Part shown: positions 50,575 to 63,061 of the stretch, one piece after another
How the letters are laid out: every line of letters starts with the position of its first letter
Numbering within the stretch: position 1 is the stretch's first letter
From: an uncultured Trueperaceae bacterium
Lineage (GTDB): Bacteria > Deinococcota > Deinococci > Deinococcales > Trueperaceae
NCBI GenBank assembly: GCA_963727505.1
Contig: CAVSGP010000004.1
Location: forward strand, 544,001 to 608,000
Reading direction: 5' to 3'
DNA: 64,000 nucleotides
Notes under the pieces: generated by a model
Told to the model about the DNA's origin: nothing
Databases searched by the model: none
Seen by the model: the letters and a program-made list of their open reading frames with translations, nothing else
Translations under genes and position numbers: made by a program

Positions 50575-51740
50575 GCCAGCGCTTCGAGCTGCGCCCGTTG
50601 CGCGAGGAGGACCTCGCGGGCCTGCTCGAGGACCTGTCGATCGCCTTCGGTGAGGTCCCCGCCGCCGCCAAAGACCGCATCGTCGCCGAGATCCGATCCC
50701 ACCTGCCCGTCACCCTCGGTAGCTTCGAGGACGGGCGGCTGGCGAGCAGCGCGGTGATGCTGCCCTTCGAGATGCACGTCGGTGGCGTGCGCCAGCGCGT
50801 GGGCGGCCTGGCGAGCGTGCAGACCGCGCCCTGGGCGCGGCGGCGCGGCCACGTCGCCCACCTCCTGCGGGCGTGGTTCGAGCGCCTGCGGCAGGACGCC
50901 GTGGGCTGGTGTGCCGAGCACCCGTTCGATCCCCGCTTCTACGCGCGCTACGGCTTCCAGTCGCTTCCCAACGGACGCTCGCTGGAGGTGCCGCCGAGCT
51001 ACTTCACCGCAGGCCGACCGCCCGACGCAGAGCGCCTGACCGGCGGCGACTTGACGGTCCTCAAGCCCATCCACGAAGCCTTCGCCCGCCGCTACAGCTT
51101 CGCGCTCACGCGCGACGACGACGCACGCGACAGCTGGGGTCTCGTGGCCCGCAGCTGGACCGGCGAGCAGCGGCACGCCTTCCTGCTGGAGGACGCCTAC
51201 CTCGTGTTCGCCCGCTTCCAGGACGGCACCCGTCAGCTGCGCGTGAGCGACCTGGCCTGGGCCACACCCGCCGGACGCGAGCGCCTCGGACACTTCCTGC
51301 GGGCGTTCGAGGGCCAGGTCGAGCGGGTGCACATCCACCTGCCACCGGGCGACGCGTTGCTGCTCGACGCCACCGCCCGCCACGCCGTGCGCACGCCGCT
51401 GCTGCAGGTGCGACTGGTCGACGTAGCCGCAGCCCTCGCTCCGCTGACCGCTCCGCGCCCCAGCCACTGGCGCCTGGCGCTCGAGGACGAAACGTGCCCG
51501 TGGAACCGTGGCGTGTTCGCCGTAGCACTGGGACCCGAGGGTTGCGCCGTCGAGCCCGACGACGGCGCGGCCGACGTGAGACTCCACGTGCGCGAGCTGG
51601 CGGCGCTGCTCACGGGCGCGGCCACGCCCGAGACGCTGCTCGCCGACGGACGGGCGGAAGGCGAACCGCAGGCGCTCTACGCTCTGGCGGAGTTGATGCG
51701 CGGTCAGCCGCCGTTCCAGACCGAGAGCGACCGATTCTGA
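50571..51740 (+). CDS. Eis-like GNAT acetyltransferase with C-terminal SCP2-like domain
   Basis: 'SVQTAPWARRRGHV', 'FYARYGF', 'D..CPWN.G'; start overlaps the Lrp stop. Confidence 0.85.
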   Translation: MSQRFELRPLREEDLAGLLEDLSIAFGEVPAAAKDRIVAEIRSHLPVTLGSFEDGRLASSAVMLPFEMHVGGVRQRVGGLASVQTAPWARRRGHVAHLLRAWFERLRQDAVGWCAEHPFDPRFYARYGFQSLPNGRSLEVPPSYFTAGRPPDAERLTGGDLTVLKPIHEAFARRYSFALTRDDDARDSWGLVARSWTGEQRHAFLLEDAYLVFARFQDGTRQLRVSDLAWATPAGRERLGHFLRAFEGQVERVHIHLPPGDALLLDATARHAVRTPLLQVRLVDVAAALAPLTAPRPSHWRLALEDETCPWNRGVFAVALGPEGCAVEPDDGAADVRLHVRELAALLTGAATPETLLADGRAEGEPQALYALAELMRGQPPFQTESDRF

Positions 51741-51767
51741 GGCTCCCCCGGCGACAGCGCCGCCCCC

Positions 51768-53318
51768 TCAATCCTGCTGGATCGCCTCCAGGAACCACGA
51801 GGGGAAGCGCCCGTGTTGTCGCCGCAAGTAGCCCGGGAAGTCGGCGTCGAGCAGGTAGGTGACGGCGTAGTCGTTCTCGCTGCGCACCGAGCGACCGTAG
51901 GCCTGCACCACGCTCAAACAGGTCCGCCAGTCGTACCAGCCCGGGTCCAGCTCCATGCGACGCGCCACTTGCGGGTCGCCCAGATAGGGATAGGGGATCT
52001 TGCAGAGCACCTGCCACCGTGCCAGGTCCTCGGCCAGGTCGATCCCCTCGGTCATGCTCGGCGACAACAGGATGGTCGGTTCGTCGGATTCCAGGTGAGC
52101 GTTGAGCGCAGCGTCGCGTTCGCTGGCGTCGCGGTGGGTCACCAGCCGCCAGGCGTGCTCGCGCGGCAGACCGCGCTCGATCGCCTGCGCGATCCGGTAG
52201 GAGTGCGCGTGGATGATGCCCTTCTCGTCGGCATGCCGTTCGCACAGCTCGGCGATGGCCTGCACGAGCTTGGGCAGCCCGGCGACGAGGTAGTGCCGCG
52301 TGAGGCGGGTGGTGGGCAGCAACACCAGCGGCCGGTTCTCGGGCGGGAAGCTCGAAGGCGTGCGGATCACCGCGGCATCCTCCTGCTCGATACCGAGCCC
52401 GCGCAGGAACGTCCCCGGATCGAGCACCGTCGCCGATAGCATGAGGACGTGCGCGTGGCCGTGGAACAGGAGCGGCTCGGCGAAAGGCGCCACCTCGACC
52501 GGCTTGAACACCAGCGCCTCGCCGGCCTGCGAGCGCCGGCGCTCCGCCACCCACTCCACCCCGTCCTCGTCACGGCTGTTGACCAGCAGCTCGAGGCGTG
52601 CGAGCTGCCCGTCGAGCCACTGCTTCGTCTGCAACCGCGACAGCGCGGCGCTCTCGGGAAGGTCCTCCGTGCGCAACTCGAGGTCGAGCTCGCGGCCGCG
52701 CTCCAGCAGCTCCGGCACCAGCTCCTCGGCGAAGTCGAAGTAGGCGTCCGTTCCCAAGGGCGGTGGGAGCCGCCGTTCGATGCCCGCCCGTGCCAACCAG
52801 CCCTCCCCGAGGGTGACCTGCACGAATCCCATCAGCGCCCCCTCGGCGTTGTGTGCCTCGTCGAGCACCAGCAGCTCACGCTGGCGGAACCCGCCGGCGT
52901 AGTTGAGCTCCGCCAGGTAGTAGGCGTAGTTCAGCGTCGCCGACGAGGCGGCCATGGCGACGTCCTTGGCCATGAAGTAGGGGCAGTCATCGCAGGCGGG
53001 GAAACGGCGGCCGGCGATGCACGGCGCCGCCGCCGCGTGCGTCGGCGCGACCAGGCAGGGGTAGTTGCTGCGCCCCTTCATCAGCGCGAGTTCGGGGAAG
53101 TCGCGGGTGTACTGTTCCTGGAGCACCTTCTGGGCCGTGAGGACGTAGCTCGAGCCCGCCTCCCGCGCCAGCGCCACGGCGATGGCCGACTTGCCGGAGC
53201 CGGTGGGCGCCTCCACGATCACGAAGCGCTTGCCCTCGTCGAAGGCGTCGCGCGCCGCATCGAGCGCCTCGCGTTGGCCGTCACGGTAGCTGGCGAAGGG
53301 GAAACTGCCCGAGGGCAC
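51768..53318 (-). CDS. DinG/Rad3-like ATP-dependent helicase
   Basis: 'EAPTGSGKS', 'KGRSNYPC' with Cys cluster, 'DEAH', 'SAT', 'QAYGRSVR'. Confidence 0.9.
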   Translation of the reverse strand: MPSGSFPFASYRDGQREALDAARDAFDEGKRFVIVEAPTGSGKSAIAVALAREAGSSYVLTAQKVLQEQYTRDFPELALMKGRSNYPCLVAPTHAAAAPCIAGRRFPACDDCPYFMAKDVAMAASSATLNYAYYLAELNYAGGFRQRELLVLDEAHNAEGALMGFVQVTLGEGWLARAGIERRLPPPLGTDAYFDFAEELVPELLERGRELDLELRTEDLPESAALSRLQTKQWLDGQLARLELLVNSRDEDGVEWVAERRRSQAGEALVFKPVEVAPFAEPLLFHGHAHVLMLSATVLDPGTFLRGLGIEQEDAAVIRTPSSFPPENRPLVLLPTTRLTRHYLVAGLPKLVQAIAELCERHADEKGIIHAHSYRIAQAIERGLPREHAWRLVTHRDASERDAALNAHLESDEPTILLSPSMTEGIDLAEDLARWQVLCKIPYPYLGDPQVARRMELDPGWYDWRTCLSVVQAYGRSVRSENDYAVTYLLDADFPGYLRRQHGRFPSWFLEAIQQD

Positions 53319-53394
53319 GGCTCAGGCTATCACGGCACCGGCGGGCCCCCCGGCCGGGCTCGGCAGCGGCGCAGCGGACCGCGCCCGCTCCCGA

Positions 53395-54498
53395 TCAGGC
53401 CGGCGCTTCGCCACCGCCCCCGGGAGGCTCGAGCTCGCAGCAGTTGCGTCCCCGCGCCTTGGCCCGGTAAAGAGCGTCGTCGGCGCGTTCGACCAGGCGC
53501 TCCAGCACATCGCCACGCCGGTAGGCGGTCACACCGAAGCTGGCCGTGACGGGACGCACGTCCCAGGCATGCAGCTCGAGCACCGCCCGCAGACGCTCCG
53601 CCAGGCCCAGGGCCTCGTCGGCACCCGTGTTCGGGGCCACCACCAGGAACTCCTCGCCGCCCCAGCGACCCAGCTCGTCCTCGGTGCGGAGCGTATCGCG
53701 CACCACTGCGGCCAGCTCCATGAGCACCGCGTCGCCGGCGCCGTGACCGTGCACGTCGTTCAGGACCTTGAAACCGTCGATGTCGAAGAGGATCAGCGCG
53801 AACGGGGAACCGCTCCGCCGGGAGCGCGCGATCTCACGGCGGACGGCGAGCTCGGTGGCGCGGCGGTTCGCCTGGCCCGTGAGCAGATCGGTGAGGGACT
53901 CCCGCTCCGCCTCCTGCATCCGAACCTGTGCCTCGCCCAGAGCGGTGCGCCAGGCCGCCAGGGCCGAGGCCAGAACGATCGCCACCAGCCCGCCCCCCTG
54001 GAACTGCAAGAAGGCGGCCACGTCCGCGAAGGTCGTCGCCGGCGCCAGCGCGGCCGGCAGGCCCGCGAGCCAGATCAGCGACCAGGAGACGCCCGTGAAC
54101 CAGCGTGCGGAGCGCGCCGAGAGCACGTAGAAGGCGTAGATGTCGATCAGGTACAGCCACAGGCCGGCCGACAGCAGAGTGGCGGCGCTGAGGCCCTGCA
54201 CGGTGAGGGCCAGGAATGCGTGCGCCAGGAACGCAATGGTGAGCAGCACGAGGCCGGTGAGCTCCCAGGGCCGCGAGACGGCCCGCCGGACCAACAACCG
54301 CACGATGAACACCGCACCGATGAGGATCACCAGCAGGCGGGCGGGGACGTCGCCGCCGTAGCCCCACATACCGGTCCGGCTCAGCGCCACGTCCGCCACG
54401 TACACGAACCAGCCCACCAACAACACCTGCAGGTGGTTGCGCAGGTGGATACGTTCGATGCTGGCGTGGGCGTCGATCCCTGGGTGCGTCCCTACCAC
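53395..54498 (-). CDS. Membrane-bound diguanylate cyclase (GGDEF)
   Basis: TM-rich N-terminus; 'DIDGFK.LND.HGH', RxxD I-site (RTED), 'GGEEF'. Confidence 0.92.
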   Translation of the reverse strand: MVGTHPGIDAHASIERIHLRNHLQVLLVGWFVYVADVALSRTGMWGYGGDVPARLLVILIGAVFIVRLLVRRAVSRPWELTGLVLLTIAFLAHAFLALTVQGLSAATLLSAGLWLYLIDIYAFYVLSARSARWFTGVSWSLIWLAGLPAALAPATTFADVAAFLQFQGGGLVAIVLASALAAWRTALGEAQVRMQEAERESLTDLLTGQANRRATELAVRREIARSRRSGSPFALILFDIDGFKVLNDVHGHGAGDAVLMELAAVVRDTLRTEDELGRWGGEEFLVVAPNTGADEALGLAERLRAVLELHAWDVRPVTASFGVTAYRRGDVLERLVERADDALYRAKARGRNCCELEPPGGGGEAPA

Positions 54499-54569
54499 GC
54501 TTCCAGGATGCGACGAGGTGGGTAACGGAACGCTTACCCGGCAGCCGTCCAGGCCGCCATGGAACAGCA

Positions 54570-54598
54570 GAACGGGCCGGCGGTTGGCCGGCCCGTTC
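54570..54598 (-). terminator. Hairpin downstream of tRNA-Leu
   Basis: GAACGGGCCGGC-ggttg-GCCGGCCCGTTC. Confidence 0.7.
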
Positions 54599-54601
54599 GC
54601 G

Positions 54602-54689
54602 TGGTGCCGAGGAGGGGACTTGAACCCCTACGACCTAAGCGGTCACTAGCCCCTCAAGCTAGCGCGTCTACCAATTCCGCCACCTCGGC
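54602..54689 (-). tRNA. tRNA-Leu (GAG)
   Basis: GCCGAGG acceptor stem, D-loop GGAATTGGTAGAC, anticodon loop TTGAGGG, long variable arm, GTTCAAG T-loop, encoded CCA. Confidence 0.97.
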
Positions 54690-54724
54690 AAGCCCTCAGA
54701 GCGGCCGTGCAGCGCGCAAACTGG

Positions 54725-54754
54725 ATGATACGTCGGGCGCTACGGGAGTGTCAA
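54725..54754 (-). promoter_or_regulatory. Sigma70-type promoter of tRNA-Leu
   Basis: Minus strand TTGACA-N18-TATCAT. Confidence 0.75.
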
Positions 54755-54818
54755 GAACGTTCACTCCTGGACGGCGTTCGTGCCTCCTCCGCCGGCTCGC
54801 GCCCGGTATCCTTGGGGC

Positions 54819-55499
54819 ATGACCGAACGCCGCTTCCGCCGCATCCAGGAGGTCCTGGACCGACGCCAACCGGACCTGACGATCCTCGCGGAGGACGTGT
54901 ACAAGCCGCACAACCTGTCGGCCATGCTGCGCTCGAGCGACGCCGTGGGCATCGGTACGGTCCATGCCGTGAGGCCCACGGGGGGCGTGCCCACCTACAA
55001 CGCCACCAGCGGCTCGGCCGAGAAGTGGGTGGCACTCCGCGTCCATGACACCCTGGAAGGGGCCCTCGTCCGTGTGCGCGCCCAGGGCATGCAGGTGCTC
55101 GCGGCGCACTTCTCCGACGCCGCGGTCCGCTACGACGCCGTCGACTACACCCGGCCGACGTGCGTGGTGTTCGGCAACGAGAAGGAGGGCGTGTCGCCGG
55201 CGTGTGCCGCCGCCGTCGACGGACACGTGGTGATCCCGATGCTAGGCATGGTGAGCTCGCTCAACGTTTCGGTGGCGACGGCGGTCATCCTCTTCGAGGC
55301 ACAGCGCCAGCGCCGCCGGGCGGGGCTCTACGACACCCCGCGCCTCGACGAGGCGGAGCGCAACGCGTTGACGGTACGTTGGCTGCACCCGCGTCAGGCC
55401 CGCTGGCTCCAGGCCCGCGGCCTGCCCCTACCCCGCCTGCTCCCCGACGGCTCGCTGCCCGCCGAGACGGTGGCAAGGCTCGCTGACGGGGAGCCGTAG
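54819..55499 (+). CDS. trmH: tRNA (guanosine(18)-2'-O)-methyltransferase TrmH
   Basis: 'KPHNLSAMLRSSDAVG', 'GNEKEG', 'IPMLGMVSSLNVSVA'. Confidence 0.92.
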   Translation: MTERRFRRIQEVLDRRQPDLTILAEDVYKPHNLSAMLRSSDAVGIGTVHAVRPTGGVPTYNATSGSAEKWVALRVHDTLEGALVRVRAQGMQVLAAHFSDAAVRYDAVDYTRPTCVVFGNEKEGVSPACAAAVDGHVVIPMLGMVSSLNVSVATAVILFEAQRQRRRAGLYDTPRLDEAERNALTVRWLHPRQARWLQARGLPLPRLLPDGSLPAETVARLADGEP

Positions 55500-55517
55500 C
55501 GCCGCTAAGCTGAGGTC

Positions 55518-56660
<1,143 letters not shown>

Positions 56661-56708
56661 ACACCCATGACGCGCAGCTTCCCGGGGACCCGGCGGGGGC
56701 GCTGGTAG

Positions 56709-58366
<1,658 letters not shown>

Positions 58367-58405
58367 GCGAGCCGACGCGCTCCTGCAGGGCGGCGTTCGC
58401 CGCCT

Positions 58406-58960
58406 CTAGCCGTTCTCTTCCGCTTCCAGCGCAGCTTCCTTCTGTCGCTGGTAGGCCTCGATGGTCGACCCGATGAGGGCGTGCGTCTCGTCCATGCCGT
58501 GCCATTCGTCGACGTGGGTGTGTTTCCCCTCGAGCTCCTTGTAGATGGTGAAGAAGTGCTCGATCTCGCGCAGACGGTGACGTGAGACGGTGTCGAGGTG
58601 GCGGTTGCTGTCGTATCGCGGGTCATCCACCGGCACGGCCAGGAGCTTCTGGTCGCGCCCCTTCTCGTCGCTCATCTCCAGGAAGCCTAGCGGCCGCGCG
58701 CGCAGCACCGCACCAGGGAAGGTGGCGCGCGTGATCAGCACCAGGATGTCGACCGGGTCGCCGTCCTCGGCGAGCGTTCCGGGGACGAAGCCGTAGTCGC
58801 CGGGATAGTGCATCGGGCTGTAGAGGACGCGGTCGAGCCGGAAGATCCCCAGCTCGGGGTCGTACTCGTACTTGTTGCTGCTGCCGGAGGGCACCTCGAT
58901 GACGGCGTTGACGACGTCCGGTGCGTTCACGCCGGGGCTCAGGTCCTTGAGGTTGGTCAC
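58406..58960 (-). CDS. ppa: Inorganic pyrophosphatase (family I)
   Basis: 'KYEYD', 'YPGDYGFVPGTLAEDGDPVD', 'HFFTIYKELE'. Confidence 0.95.
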   Translation of the reverse strand: MTNLKDLSPGVNAPDVVNAVIEVPSGSSNKYEYDPELGIFRLDRVLYSPMHYPGDYGFVPGTLAEDGDPVDILVLITRATFPGAVLRARPLGFLEMSDEKGRDQKLLAVPVDDPRYDSNRHLDTVSRHRLREIEHFFTIYKELEGKHTHVDEWHGMDETHALIGSTIEAYQRQKEAALEAEENG

Positions 58961-59595
58961 GTTGGCTCTCCTGTCTCGAGGGCGGGCTCCGGCCGCACGC
59001 CGCACACGGTGTCGAGGAATAGGGCGTGCACGCGGTCGTCGCCGAGAAGCTCGGGGTGGAACACGGTGGCCATCAGGCGCTCGTCCACAGCAGCCACGAT
59101 GTCGTCGTCGTAGCGTGCCAGCACACGCACGCTCTCCCCCACCCGGGTGATGCGCGGCGCCCGGATGAACAGGGCGTGGAAGGGCACGGCGAGGCCGTCG
59201 ATGTCGAGGTCGGCCTCGAACGAGGCCACCTGCCGCCCGTAGTCGTTACGGGTCACGGAGATGTCCATGAGGCCGAGGCGCGGTTGATGCGGGTAGCCCA
59301 CGATGTCCACGGCCAGCTCGATGGCTCCGGCGCACGTGCCCCACAGCGAGCCGCCCTCGCGGTAGAAGCGCTCCAGCGCGGTGTCGAGCCCGTAGTCACG
59401 CATGAGCTTTGCCATGGTGGTCGACTCCCCGCCCGGGATCACCACGCCCTGCAGACCGTCGAGGTGACGGGGCAAACGCACCTCGACCACCGTCACGCCG
59501 AGGCGCTCGAGCGCCAGGCGGTGCTCGCGGAAGGCGCCCTGCAGGGCCAGCACGCCGACGCGTCGAGAGGGGGCGGGGTCGTCCACGGCAGTCAT
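58957..59595 (-). CDS. pdxT: PLP synthase glutaminase subunit PdxT
   Basis: 'LALQGAFREH', 'PGGESTT', 'GTCAG', 'FIRAP', 'FHPEL'. Confidence 0.95.
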   Translation of the reverse strand: MTAVDDPAPSRRVGVLALQGAFREHRLALERLGVTVVEVRLPRHLDGLQGVVIPGGESTTMAKLMRDYGLDTALERFYREGGSLWGTCAGAIELAVDIVGYPHQPRLGLMDISVTRNDYGRQVASFEADLDIDGLAVPFHALFIRAPRITRVGESVRVLARYDDDIVAAVDERLMATVFHPELLGDDRVHALFLDTVCGVRPEPALETGEPT

Positions 59596-59650
59596 TGTGT
59601 CACGCCGATGGCCCGCACCGAGCGGCGCGGGACGACGCGCCCGTCCCTGC

Positions 59651-60640
59651 CTAGGCTTCCATCCCAGCCAGCACGCCCTTCACCAGGGCCCGGGCCACGA
59701 CCGTCTGAACGGCGACCGAGAGGCCGTAGAGCGGCGCCGACGGACCCCGCCCGGTGCTGAGGACGAAGGTCGTGTCACCGTCGAACACCGTGTGTGACGG
59801 CCGAGTGACTCGAGCGATGCCCATGTGTGCGCTCTGTGCCAGCGCCCTCGCGCCGGCCTTCGTGAGGGGAGCGTCGGTAGCGACGACGACGAGCGTCGTC
59901 TGCGTCCCGAGTCGGGCGAGCGCGAAATCGACGGCAGCCTCCGAAAGCGCCTCTCTCGGTCCCGCCACGAGGCTCCCCGACTCGGCATCGACGATGCTCC
60001 CGGCCGCGTTGCTGATGCCCAGCGCGGCGACGACCGCACCTCCGACTTGCATCGCCGCGCTGCCGACGCCGCTGCGCACGGCGGCCCCCGGACCGCCGAA
60101 CTGGCCCACCGTGGCGCCGGTTCCGGCACCTACGGCCCCCACGAGGACGGGCGCCGACGTCGCCGCCTGCGCAGCGGCCGCGCCGGCGGCGGCGTCGGGC
60201 CGCACCCCCGCGTCACCGACGTTGAGGTCGAACAGCGCGGCAGCCGGCACGATCGGCACACGACCGTACGGCGTGACGTGGCCGCGTCCCATCCCCTCGA
60301 GCCAGCGCATCACCCCGTCCGCAGCCGCGAGGCCGAAGGCGCTGCCTCCCGTCAGCAGCACCGCGTCCGCACGCTCGACGGTCTTCTCCGGCGCCAGAAG
60401 GGCGGTCTCGCGCGATCCCGGGGACGCACCCATCACCAGGCCCGAGACGACGCAACCGCCCACCGGACACACGACGACGGTGCATCCGGTGCGGGCAACG
60501 GCCTCGGTCCAGTGGCCGACGAGGATGGCCTGGACGGCCGTGAGGCTGTCGTTTTCGATGGCTGTGCTCCCCTCTCCGGCGGATCGCGCCTCAGCCGCCG
60601 GCCCGGAACGACCGGGCGGGCGCGGGAGCGCCGGCTGCAT
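59651..60640 (-). CDS. P1/S58 family (DmpA-like) peptidase; start uncertain
   Basis: 'VGHWT....TGCTVV', 'PGSRET', 'LTGGSAFGLAAADG', 'GAGTGA', 'HT.FDGDT.F'. Confidence 0.85.
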   Translation of the reverse strand: MQPALPRPPGRSGPAAEARSAGEGSTAIENDSLTAVQAILVGHWTEAVARTGCTVVVCPVGGCVVSGLVMGASPGSRETALLAPEKTVERADAVLLTGGSAFGLAAADGVMRWLEGMGRGHVTPYGRVPIVPAAALFDLNVGDAGVRPDAAAGAAAAQAATSAPVLVGAVGAGTGATVGQFGGPGAAVRSGVGSAAMQVGGAVVAALGISNAAGSIVDAESGSLVAGPREALSEAAVDFALARLGTQTTLVVVATDAPLTKAGARALAQSAHMGIARVTRPSHTVFDGDTTFVLSTGRGPSAPLYGLSVAVQTVVARALVKGVLAGMEA

Positions 60641-60660
60641 ACCCTCGCCGAGACCGACCG

Positions 60661-62934
60661 TCAGCGACCGCTAGGAGACGCGCTCCCAACCGTTGAGGAC
60701 GTACCCCCCGTCGAGGCCGTGGGGCCTACCTGGGCCCCCGCCGGCAGGTACTGATCGACGTTCTTGGGGTCCACCTCGATCATCTCGATCTGGTCGGGTG
60801 GGGTATCGACGGTGGCGCGCTTGCCGGTGCGCTTGTCGATGGGCAACTGCAGCTTCACGGTGGACAGGAACCCCTGCGTGCTCAGGTCGGTGGTCGACTT
60901 GAAGGCCGCCTTGGTGCCGGTCGGGTCGAGCGCCCCCGTCTTCAGGTCGATGTTGTGGAAGACGACGCCGTCCGGGACCGGGAAGCCGCTGGAATCCGCG
61001 GAGTGACCCCGCAAGGCACCCTGCGCGAAGGTGTTGAACGCGAAGATCGGCTGTTGCGAGCTGGTCACCAGATGGCTGGTGCCGTCGGCGTAGGTCATGT
61101 GCCTCGGCATCGGCTTGTTGTCATCGTTCCCGATCCACACGGCGCCGACCAGACCCGGCGTGAGCCCCACGAACCAGATGTCGCGCTCCGAGTCGGTGGT
61201 GCCGGTCTTGCCGGCCAGCCAGTGGCCCGGAACCTCCGCCCGCCACGAAAGCGCCCAGTTCGGCTTCCGATCGACGATGTTGCCGTGCATCATGTCCAGC
61301 ATGATGTAGGCCGTTTGCGGGCTCCATACCCTGGCCCGGCGCGGATGCGCCTCGTAGAGCACGTTGCCCTGGGAGTCCTCGACCTTGTTGACGAAGTAGG
61401 GCACGGTGTACACGCCGCCGTTGGCGAAGGCCGCGATGGCGGCGGCATGCTGCAGCGGCGTCACCTCGAAGCTGCCGAGCGCCATGCCGAGGTAGGGCTT
61501 GACGCTATAGCCGAGCTCACGCGCCTTCTCGGCGACGGCCTCCGGCGTGGCAGCCTCGAGGGCCTTCACTGCCGGGATGTTGCGGCTGCGGTCGAGGTTC
61601 TCGCGCGCCGTCTGGTAGCCGTCGTAGGCGTTGTCCCACTCTTTGGGCTGGTAGTCCGGCTGGCCCTTGACCTTGAAGATCGTCTTGTCGTCGACCAGGA
61701 TGCTCGCCTGGTTCAACGCCCCCTGCTCGACGCCGGTGCCGTACACGATGGGCTTGAACGACGAGCCGGGCTGGCGATAGGCCTGGATGGCGCGGTTGAA
61801 CTCCTGCGGAGGCTGGTTCGGTCCGAGCTTCTGCCCGACCATCGCCAGCACCCCGCCCGACTGCGGGTCGATGCCCACGATCGCCATCTGGGCGCCGGCC
61901 GGGATCTCGGTGGTGCGGCTGGCCTCGTTGGCCGCCTTCTGCGCCTGCACGTCGATGGTGGTGTAGACCTTGAGCCCGCCGCGCCCGAACACCATGTTCT
62001 CGCCGTAGCGTTGCGTCAGCCAGTTGCGCACCGCCAGCACCACACCGCGGGACAGGTCGGAGCTGATGCTCGATTGCACCACGACGTTCTCGCCGGTGCG
62101 GGTGGCCTTCACCACGTCGCCCTTGTCGTCGTAGGTGACGTTCCAGCCGCGCGGCTCGAGCTTGTAGCTCCACGCCCTCTGCGCCGCCTCCTTGGAGATG
62201 GTGCCACGCCGGACCATCTTGTCCAGCACGTCCCGCATCCCCTGGCGCGCAGCGGTGAAGTTGTCGTGCATGGCGTTGGGCGCGGGGATCAACCGCGCCA
62301 GGTAGAGCCCCTCGGCAAGGTTCAGCTCGATGGGGTTCTTGCCGAAGTAGGCCTGCGAAGCGGCCCGGATGCCGTAGACGTTGCCGCCCCAGAACACCAC
62401 GTTGATGTAGCGCTGCAGGATCTCCGGCTTGGTCAAGCGACGCTCCAGCTCGACCGCCAGCATGATCTCCTTGGCCTTGCGCTCCAACGAACGCTCGCCG
62501 GCGATGTTCTGCAGCACGGTGTTCTTGATGACCTGCGTGGTGATGGTGGAGCCGCCGCGGTTGGAGTGCGCGAAGAACTCCTGGTAGGTGGCCTTGGCGA
62601 TGCCGGGCAGATCGAAACCGTAGTGCCGGAAGAACTGGTCGTCCTCCGAGGCCACGATCGCCTCCAGCGCCGCCGGGGACACCTGGCTCAACGTGACCGG
62701 GATGCGGTTGGTCGGCTCCTTGTTCTTCCCCACCGCCGGCACGATCGTCCCGATGCGCGTTCCGTCCTGCGCGTACACCTCGGTGTTGGACGTGTACTCG
62801 AGCGCGTCGACCTGATCGAGCGAGGGCAGATCCTGTGCCCAGTGCAACGCCGACGAGCCCACGAGGGCCACGAACGACAGGACCGCCGCGAGGGCGAGCA
62901 GGTAGAGCCCCTGGACGACTTTCACGAGGTTCAT
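60661..62934 (-). CDS. Class A penicillin-binding protein (transglycosylase/transpeptidase, PBP1A-like); start uncertain
   Basis: 'EDDQFFRH.G', 'GGSTITTQ', 'RKAKE', SxxK 'SSFK', 'SRN', 'KTGT'. Confidence 0.92.
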   Translation of the reverse strand: MNLVKVVQGLYLLALAAVLSFVALVGSSALHWAQDLPSLDQVDALEYTSNTEVYAQDGTRIGTIVPAVGKNKEPTNRIPVTLSQVSPAALEAIVASEDDQFFRHYGFDLPGIAKATYQEFFAHSNRGGSTITTQVIKNTVLQNIAGERSLERKAKEIMLAVELERRLTKPEILQRYINVVFWGGNVYGIRAASQAYFGKNPIELNLAEGLYLARLIPAPNAMHDNFTAARQGMRDVLDKMVRRGTISKEAAQRAWSYKLEPRGWNVTYDDKGDVVKATRTGENVVVQSSISSDLSRGVVLAVRNWLTQRYGENMVFGRGGLKVYTTIDVQAQKAANEASRTTEIPAGAQMAIVGIDPQSGGVLAMVGQKLGPNQPPQEFNRAIQAYRQPGSSFKPIVYGTGVEQGALNQASILVDDKTIFKVKGQPDYQPKEWDNAYDGYQTARENLDRSRNIPAVKALEAATPEAVAEKARELGYSVKPYLGMALGSFEVTPLQHAAAIAAFANGGVYTVPYFVNKVEDSQGNVLYEAHPRRARVWSPQTAYIMLDMMHGNIVDRKPNWALSWRAEVPGHWLAGKTGTTDSERDIWFVGLTPGLVGAVWIGNDDNKPMPRHMTYADGTSHLVTSSQQPIFAFNTFAQGALRGHSADSSGFPVPDGVVFHNIDLKTGALDPTGTKAAFKSTTDLSTQGFLSTVKLQLPIDKRTGKRATVDTPPDQIEMIEVDPKNVDQYLPAGAQVGPTASTGGTSSTVGSASPSGR

Positions 62935-63061
62935 GCTACCAGGGCGAGCCATGAGCCGGAGTTAAGCAGTCGCACACGGACCCTCATGCTCGTTTCCGCG
63001 CGAGGCGCGCGCTCGTCGATCGTCGGACCGGCAGCCCACACGGCGACGACGCCTTCGGTCC

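Noticed and set aside
54602..54689. tRNA-Leu as an integration site
   Set aside because: No integrase, no duplicated tRNA 3' end noticed, and no composition shift beside it.
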